This document shows positions 57,406 through 64,000 of a stretch of 64,000 bases of DNA, piece after piece. Source of the stretch: Carpediemonas membranifera BICM (lineage: Eukaryota; Protista; Fornicata). The position numbers and the translations under genes were made by a program. The notes below the pieces were generated by a model. The model had not been told where the DNA came from and made no database searches. It saw nothing but the letters and a program-made list of their open reading frames with translations. Where the stretch lies: positions 248,001-312,000 of the forward strand of contig JAHDYR010000002.1 of NCBI GenBank assembly GCA_019828565.1. Reading direction: 5' to 3'. How positions within the stretch are numbered: the first letter of the stretch is position 1; every line of letters starts with the position of its first letter.

Positions 57406-59674
57406 CTACTCTCCTTCCTTCTCCTCGTCTCTCTTCCTTCTCAGGTCAGACCTGAAGTTATCCATCTTGGCTGCTAGGGTGAAGCTGAGGGCTTCGTTGG
57501 TTGCCGAGAGTCGGGCCGCGCGGCTGAGTAAGTCCTCGTTCTCTTCGGTTAGAGACGAGCACTTCTCCGTTGTCTTCCTGAGGTCCTTCCGCATCTCGTC
57601 CAACGCAGCTTGGGCTGCTCTCCGGGCTTCCCGTTCTTCCTCCAGCTCCTGGCTTTTTGGCCTTGAGCTCGTTGATGGTTCTGGCTGCAGCTTCTTCCAG
57701 CTGTTGTCTGACCTCTGCTTCTCGCCGGGCCATGGCTTGGTCCAGCAGGGCCGCTATGCCTCTGCCCAGGTCGGTGTCCTCCTGTCGTGCTCTTTTTGGG
57801 CTGCAGGTCCTCTTGGTCCACCTGTCTGACCTGGCGGGTCTTGGCTGATGGGTTGGGGGTATGGGGGGGCACAGCTCTTAGTTGGAGGGGGCCCGGGCTC
57901 TGTTCGCTCTGTCCTGCTACTTTGCGGTTGTTCAGTGACAATTTGCCCGCGTGGAGGGCCATATAGGCCCCCTATGCCGCCATTCGGCAGGTAGACCTCC
58001 GTCCTCCTGTGGAGCATCTTGGCGAGTTCAGTAGCCCTTCGTCTCACCTTTGTTCGAAGCGCCTGCTTCCTCTCGGTCCTCAGTCTGTTCTTGGCGTTAG
58101 TGCTGGCGCCTTCCGGGAAAACACAGTTCAGCGTGTCCCATGGCTTCCCCCCTTTTGGGTGTTCCACGCCTGAGCCCGCCAGGGCGAGTTTGCCTATCCA
58201 GGAGGCGCTCCTCAAGGTGCCCACTCGCCTCTTCCCTCTTTCTGCTGGTTCATCCGTGATACCCCAGTCCCGGGGGGAGGAACGAGGGGAGGAAGTTGAT
58301 GGAGCCTGTCTCCGGGTCGACACACATGTTGGCCAGGAGTTCTCGATCGTCGGCTGGGACCTCCGTGAAGTATTTGAAGATCTTCTTCCTGGCTTCTCTG
58401 CCCATGTGGCCTCCAGCTATGTCGAATTTGTGGACGGGCATCAAAGACGCCGCTTGGGATAGGGTCATCGTTTTGGTGTCGCTGACGTCTAGAGTAAGCA
58501 TCTTTTCCGCGTCTATTTCCGTGGGCTCCCCCCTCAGGTTCGCCCAAGGGAAACCGTCTTGGACAGCGCGGCGGCGCCCGTTCCACTCCGAGTGGATTTC
58601 CAGGAGGATGGGTCGCGCTGGTTCGCCTACTCTCGCGAGCGATTCTGGGTTTCCGATGATCACGGCTGTTCCTTCCAGGGCTCTGGTGATACCCTTTCCG
58701 GAGCTGAAATCGTTTTCCTCCCAGTTGGTCATGATAATCTGGCCCCGTTTGGGGTTCTTGGTGCCAAAGAGGTTGACTTGTTGGGACAATGGGGTTAGGC
58801 GACCGGCCGCCCCGGCGCCGAGGCCGTGTCTGGCGTTGACTTTGGTCGCCAGGTCCTTGTATTCATCATGGTACGGCGACTCCCTGCCCATGAGCATGCT
58901 TCCTAGGGCTGTGAGGTGGGCTTCTACCTGCCCCCAGTCCCAGCCTGGGTTGTCTCTCATCCAGAACGCTGTTGCTAGTCTGACGTAGAATATGGAGACA
59001 TCTGCTAGGGTGCAGTGGCAGTGGTGGGGTGCGTGCTTGTGATAGGGGCACACCACTTTTGCCTCCGGGCGCTGTTGGTACCTTCTGGTCCAGGTCCGGC
59101 CCAGTTCGGACTGGGGTCGGGAGGGGAGGCCGGTGAGGCTCTTCTCCCCACTATTGGGGTAGAACCAGGTCAGCGTGTCGAGGATGTTGGGGAAGATCGT
59201 GTTGAGGTCAGTTTCATCCATGAGGCGTAAGCTTAGCCAGGTGCGGAGGTTCCCGTCTGGGACGAACTTCTCACTGGTCAGGATGCTTCTCTCAGCCTCG
59301 ACTCCCTTAGCCACGATGTGGACGTGGGTCTTCTGTGGCCCCGAGTCGTCTTCCAGTCTCTTCAGCTCTGTAGCCATCTCGGTGCACCATCGCTTGGCGT
59401 GGGGGAAGTCTGCTTCGTATCCCTTGGGGGCTTTGCCCGTGGTGACGTCGACAAACGTAGCTGGTGGGCAGCCATGGATGTAGTGCGTGGCCCACAGACA
59501 TTGGTCCAGGGCATCCACTGTGATGTCTTCCCCAAGCATCCCGTGCATGTAGTAGAGGATTTGCTCGTTAGCTGGGTCGAAAATCAGTGCCGCCCCTTCG
59601 CAAATGATGGCCTCGTCTCCTTGGTTGGATCTGGCTCTTCCTTCCTCAAAGTCCACCATAGCGATCAACTGCAT
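57406..59674 (-). CDS. LINE-B ORF1: N-terminal Maelstrom-like domain, unknown middle region, C-terminal coiled coil (frameshifted)
   Basis: Motifs IAMVDFEE, IICEGA, IHGCPP, IVAKG…E and CPYH…CHCTLAD; overlapping ORFs 58250-59674, 57754-58323, 57458-57733 and 57406-57603. Confidence 0.72.
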
Positions 59675-59738
59675 ACTGTTAGAATGGCCAGTTAATCCGG
59701 GGATATACGGAGGATAAACACCCTTTTGCACAAGAAAC

Positions 59739-59854
59739 TGCAAGAAAAAATGAGATTCACCCGTATCTTTTTCACTATTTCACACGTTTCACCAACGTTG
59801 GTGAAACGTAGAGAAACGTGCGGAAGGTACGGGTAAGTCTCATTTTTGCTTGCA
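59739..59854. repeat. Long inverted repeat / hairpin with a perfect 26-bp central palindrome
   Basis: Arms 59739-59769 and 59824-59854 give 27 of 31 Watson-Crick pairs; ACGTTTCACCAACGTTGGTGAAACGT at 59784-59809. Confidence 0.85.
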
Positions 59855-60193
59855 TACGACGTGCTAGGGGCATTCTTGTGATTCGTAGGTAGGTGCTGAT
59901 GTTGCATAACCATTCATTGCTTATTCAAAGTGATAATAACGTGTTAGTGGTCTTTAAGTTGCTGTATTACATCTATAAACATATCTCCTATCTCTTCCAG
60001 AACGTGTTGTGTGTCATTCAGCCTCTCATTCACCAAACCCTCGCAATTCAGCCCAGTGATGTGATTTCGTATTTCTCGAACAGAATCTTGTATCTTGCCG
60101 ACTTCATGGAGGCAACTGGTCATATGATTAAGCCTTTCGTTCGTGGATAACCGGAACATTGTCGTCAACACCTGCGCAGTTTAAGATGAGAAT

Positions 60194-61414
60194 ATGACGA
60201 CCAGTGAAACTGCGAAGAAAGCTGAGATTTCGCAGGGCACGTCTTGCGGATCGGATAAGAGAACAGAGTACCGCCGGCTGTTCGTGACTAGCTTCCTGGA
60301 ATGCTTTTTCGACGTCGCGGACATCCCAACTATCGGTCTGACGACCTCTGACGTTCATCGCGCTCTCCTTGGCATGCAGGATGTGATATCGGGCCTCTGC
60401 AACGGCTTTCGCAAGATTGCTATTGCAAACTCCGTCAGGCGCACGACTACTGAGCCCATTCAGGCATTTGTGGCAAGTAGAAAGGGTGGCACAGAGCTCA
60501 TTGGCACAAAGATACCCTACCTGGTTGTCAGAGACAGAGCAAATGCAGCTGAACACTTGCAGGAGTTTAGAAACAGGATGTCTGTGCTGTTTTGGGGACT
60601 TGGACTCCACGATGTCTCCAGTCTGATCACTTGCACCGGCATTCAATGGCCTCCAGCCGTTGTAATCAGGATCAAGCATCGCAAGCTCCAGCCTGAGCCA
60701 CGTACCCCAGCAGAAACACCCGCAGAGACACCCACAAAGACTCCAGTGACAACATTGGTACCAAAGCTCAGAAAAAGAGCTGACTTGGCTACCATCAAGC
60801 CTGATTCCCCCGTCAAGAAGCTTAATTTTGATGCGCAGATGCATGAGCCTGCTCAGAAGCGATCGAGGCTCGAAGAGGCTGACTTGAAGGAGGTTGCCGC
60901 GATGGTGACGGCTTCACTCTCCACAACTGTCACTGATCTCCTCAAGCAGTCACCCAAGGCCGTTGAAATGAACGATAAGGTCCCCGCCCTCAAGCAAGCG
61001 ACGTTTCTGAAGCTATATCAGCGTAAGTTACTGTTCGCATGCGCTGTTTGTGCCTCACCTGAATGGTACTTCAACCCAAACATGAAAAGAAACGAGTATG
61101 AAACGTGCTATCTCTGCCATCAGTTCATGCATCTTCAGTGTGTCAGAGAGAAGAGGATTGATGGTAAGAACAGAAAGGTTTGCGCAGCTTGCAGTCTGGC
61201 AGGAAGGTCTAACAGATGTCACGCGTGTATCAAGGACGGAGACAAGTCGACAAAGGACACTGGCGTCTGCCGGGCGTGCCTAAACTGGTTCTGCGAAGAG
61301 AAACACTTCAGCTATGCTGAGTTCCATCTCGACGGCCAGGACTATCGTGTCAGGTTCTGCGACCAGTGTATGACTGTCTACCAGAAGGTGGCGGATATGA
61401 AGCCAATTGAGTAA
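60194..61414 (+). CDS. Hypothetical protein with C-terminal PHD/RING-like Cys-His fingers
   Basis: Pattern CAVC…CYLCHQFMHLQC…CAAC…CHAC…CRAC…CDQC. Confidence 0.65.
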   Translation: MTTSETAKKAEISQGTSCGSDKRTEYRRLFVTSFLECFFDVADIPTIGLTTSDVHRALLGMQDVISGLCNGFRKIAIANSVRRTTTEPIQAFVASRKGGTELIGTKIPYLVVRDRANAAEHLQEFRNRMSVLFWGLGLHDVSSLITCTGIQWPPAVVIRIKHRKLQPEPRTPAETPAETPTKTPVTTLVPKLRKRADLATIKPDSPVKKLNFDAQMHEPAQKRSRLEEADLKEVAAMVTASLSTTVTDLLKQSPKAVEMNDKVPALKQATFLKLYQRKLLFACAVCASPEWYFNPNMKRNEYETCYLCHQFMHLQCVREKRIDGKNRKVCAACSLAGRSNRCHACIKDGDKSTKDTGVCRACLNWFCEEKHFSYAEFHLDGQDYRVRFCDQCMTVYQKVADMKPIE

Positions 61415-61437
61415 GTTAAATAGGGAGATTTTGAACT

Positions 61438-62544
61438 TTAAGTGTCTTCCAGTGCCGCTCTGTGCGCAACTGTCATCTCAGTAATGTAGCGCGAGGCCAT
61501 AACATCCGCCGGAGATCTCTGCAGTGGTCTATATGCAAGTACCTCAGAAACAAGGTCGACCATCTCGGGAAGAGGGATTGGCGTGCGGAACTGAGTGGCT
61601 GTGAGGATCTCAATCGCGCCCGGGGTTATGGACATTGATCCATTCGCGATAACCCGTCTCCCTGCTGTGCCAGGTGCGAGCCCATAGCCGGAGAAGTAAC
61701 GCGAGACGAAGTGGAGCGGGTTGTCCATGCATGTAGTGCGGTAGAGCCAAAAGCAGTCCTGCAGGACGAGTTCGTTGGCAAGCATTTTCTCCGGAGTGAG
61801 AATGATGCACGTATGCTCGTATGCCTGGGTCGAAATGGACTGCTTAAGCAGAGAGAACTCGCTATTGTCCGCTCCGGTACAGGTGGCGAAGTAGATGAGC
61901 CGAACCCGGCTGGTGGTGACGAGGGATGGCTCACGGAAAGCGAAGAGGATCATCTGTACGATATCGTGAAGGTACAGGAACTCGTTAGCGCTCGCATTAA
62001 CGATCATTCTCGACGTTGTGGTCTCGCTGTGGCCAGAAACAACCCAGAATGTCTCGAAATTGGCGAATTCTGCAGCCAACTGTTGCAGTATGGAGCCGAG
62101 GTGGGTCGTCGAGACGAAACTGACGGCAACCGTGGTGAGCCACTCGTCGCTGACGAGATCGAGGATGGCCTTCATGCGCTTGTGGTACCCCTCGGAGCCA
62201 GCAAGCCCGGTGACAGTGAAGACCGGGTTCGCACAAGTAGGTGCTTCGAAGCCATGGACTGGCTCGAGCAGGATAACGATGCGGCGGTTCACAAGCTTGC
62301 TCAGGGTGAAGGGGCAGTCATGCGTGTACCTGATTCCGTCATATTCCTTCAGCCCTTGGTTGCGAAGGTCAGAACGCGGCCTAGTGATTCCACAGACGCA
62401 TTCATACGTGAGAGGATGGTCGCTGATGCGTCTGGTACCGAATTTGCCAAATTTCCTCTCCATTTGGCAACTACCACTTTTTTTTTCCAACACTGGTAGT
62501 TGGCCGAACCAGCTATAGGGAAGGATATGGACCACAATAAGCAA
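61438..62544 (-). CDS. Hypothetical protein, possible CHAT/caspase-fold protease
   Basis: FWVVSGHS and LIYFATC resemble the His and Cys strands of the caspase-hemoglobinase fold. Confidence 0.45.
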   Translation of the reverse strand: MLIVVHILPYSWFGQLPVLEKKSGSCQMERKFGKFGTRRISDHPLTYECVCGITRPRSDLRNQGLKEYDGIRYTHDCPFTLSKLVNRRIVILLEPVHGFEAPTCANPVFTVTGLAGSEGYHKRMKAILDLVSDEWLTTVAVSFVSTTHLGSILQQLAAEFANFETFWVVSGHSETTTSRMIVNASANEFLYLHDIVQMILFAFREPSLVTTSRVRLIYFATCTGADNSEFSLLKQSISTQAYEHTCIILTPEKMLANELVLQDCFWLYRTTCMDNPLHFVSRYFSGYGLAPGTAGRRVIANGSMSITPGAIEILTATQFRTPIPLPEMVDLVSEVLAYRPLQRSPADVMASRYITEMTVAHRAALEDT

Positions 62545-62649
62545 GCATTCTGGTGTTACAGATAAGATATTGTATGTGTGTCCTTTACGGTGTGAGACGG
62601 CCCCATCAATCCCGAGAAATACCGCGTGTCCGTTTGCAAAAAAAATCAG

Positions 62650-63459
62650 ATGGCGAGAAGAAAGGCGCTCCCACCAAAGCCGCAGCCTGGGGGTATCAGA
62701 ATACCCATTACGTCCACTGCGGGCAAGACGCCGCCGTCTGCGCCTTCAAATGATTCTCAGGAGGATTCCTCAAGCGAAGATTCCATCATTGAATCCGTTG
62801 TGCATACTCAGGCACTGCATCCGGATCTGGTCGCCGCGATCTACCCAAACACTCCCGAGGAGTCGATCAGGGAGCTTAAGGAGGCCGAGAAGGACCTTCC
62901 TCCCCTCGAACCCCCGAGTTGGTTATCCACCCGGCTGACCCACCCCTCCATTGCCGTTGAGGTGCAGCCTTGTCTGGCTCCCCGACCACACGGACGTGGG
63001 TAGAGGCCTCATTGCAACTGCCGCAATTGAGCCCGGAAAGCTCCTCGGCATTTACGCCGGTAGGATTGTGTCCGACGAGGACTACCACGCGAATAACAGC
63101 AACATGGTGTTTGTTCATTGTTCATTATGCCTTTACACAGCATTTCATTCGACGCTAGCAACCTTCACGTCGACGCCGGCGAAGGTGAAGGCATTGGTGT
63201 ACACCTCATCAACCACAGTGAGAGTGACACCAACTGCCAGTTCACCAACCGTTTGCTCAAGGACCTTCCAGTCCTTGCGGTTGAGTCGACGAACGTCATT
63301 CAGGCCGAAGAGTTTCTTCGTATCAGTTACGGCGAGATCTTCTTTGATGCGGGTGAGGTCTTAACCATTGCTAGGTTCCCGAGTCTGCCCATTTCTCATC
63401 CAAACTATCTCACAAGGTTCCTGGAGCAGTATCCGGCACTCAAGAAGCGGAAGAAATGA
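62650..63459 (+). CDS. SET-domain protein; frameshift near 62970 and 32-nt intron at 63109-63140
   Basis: Motifs GRGLIATAAIEPG…IYAG, LINHS…NC and EEFLRISYG; removing the intron GTTTGT…CACAG restores the frame. Confidence 0.75.
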
Positions 63460-63485
63460 ATTAAAATGTCAAAACATCTCTTTTT

Positions 63486-64000
63486 TTACTCGGGAACTCC
63501 ACGCTTAACGTCCTCGGCATCAACAACTCTCTTTTCGCGATCCTTATCGACTGCCTTGCGCTTGATATAAGTCGTATGAGCCTTTCTCTTACCACCCTTT
63601 GAACGTTTGCGGACAAATAGCGTCGCATGCTCATCCTTGACGACCACAATAGCTTGCGCCGCAGCCACATCTTCATCAGATCCACGCCGGACCATGCCGG
63701 ACTCATAAACTTCCGTCAAATGCATCCGCACAATATACTTGTCATGGTACGTCAACATCTTGACCCAGATAACGACTACAGTCTTGCTTTTCAGAGCTGA
63801 CCAGGCCATGACACCAAAGTTGCTGTACCAATCAGTGGCATCGTCGAACATCAGGGTGGGCACGAACACGTTAGACGTCTCAAGCCTCAGCCTCTCGCCA
63901 GCATCGGAGAATCCCCAGGCGCGCACCTCCTCCCTCACTGCTGCCACTTCCTCTGCCGCAAACTTCTTGTCGAACTCGCCATTCTCAACCTTCTGCAGGC
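63486..64000 (-). CDS. Hypothetical protein, 3' part (runs off the window)
   Basis: Open frame with a basic C-terminus; no recognised motif. Confidence 0.45.
   Translation of the reverse strand, partial: LQKVENGEFDKKFAAEEVAAVREEVRAWGFSDAGERLRLETSNVFVPTLMFDDATDWYSNFGVMAWSALKSKTVVVIWVKMLTYHDKYIVRMHLTEVYESGMVRRGSDEDVAAAQAIVVVKDEHATLFVRKRSKGGKRKAHTTYIKRKAVDKDREKRVVDAEDVKRGVPE

Larger units (their letters stand above)
38138..59740 (-). mobile_element. LINE-B: APE-RT non-LTR retrotransposon with a Maelstrom-like ORF1; hosts three nested insertions (5' end uncertain)
   Basis: ORF1 about 59674-57406. ORF2 runs 56820-48744 and is interrupted by the LTR element. The 3' UTR is split by LINE-C. Tail TAAATTTTCTTTCTTTC at about 38140-38156. 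Confidence 0.8.

Noticed and set aside
59740-59940. Continuation of the chromodomain integrase and a TSD at LINE-B's 5' end
   Set aside because: Only AGAAA is shared, and no integrase motifs or second copy of the 82-bp LTR are visible.

Overview
Compact eukaryotic genomic DNA, probably from a flagellated protist. It carries DZIP1-like and Sfi1-like genes, short intergenic spacers and very short GT-AG introns; a Carpediemonas-like metamonad is a guess only. Positions 1-35 kb are mostly host genes: an EF-hand calcineurin B-like protein, a SERBP1/Stm1-like protein, DNAJC21/Jjj1, an ERG8-type phosphomevalonate kinase, a DZIP1-like protein, a WD40 protein, a kelch-ankyrin-RhoGEF, INO1, a DENN protein, a Sfi1-like protein and an expanding RCC1-like family. 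This part also holds a Fanzor1-like (TnpB-derived) locus at about 12.9-15.4 kb with a strongly structured candidate omegaRNA downstream. Positions 36-60 kb are a nest of retroelements that can be largely ordered from target-site duplications: a gag remnant, an LTR remnant, LINE-B, a 5'-truncated LINE-C inside B, a full-length LINE-A inside C, and a 75-bp-LTR chromodomain Ty3/gypsy element inside B. The main finding is that two divergent APE-RT non-LTR retrotransposons each carry a Maelstrom-like (DEDD plus ECHC) nuclease domain upstream of the APE-RT, and LINE-A also carries an OTU deubiquitinase-like domain. Positions 60-64 kb hold an orphan cluster (Cys-rich finger protein, CHAT/caspase-like protein, SET-domain protein) behind a long hairpin. 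Many frameshifts sit in homopolymers and may be assembly errors. All domain calls were made by eye from motifs; no searches were run.
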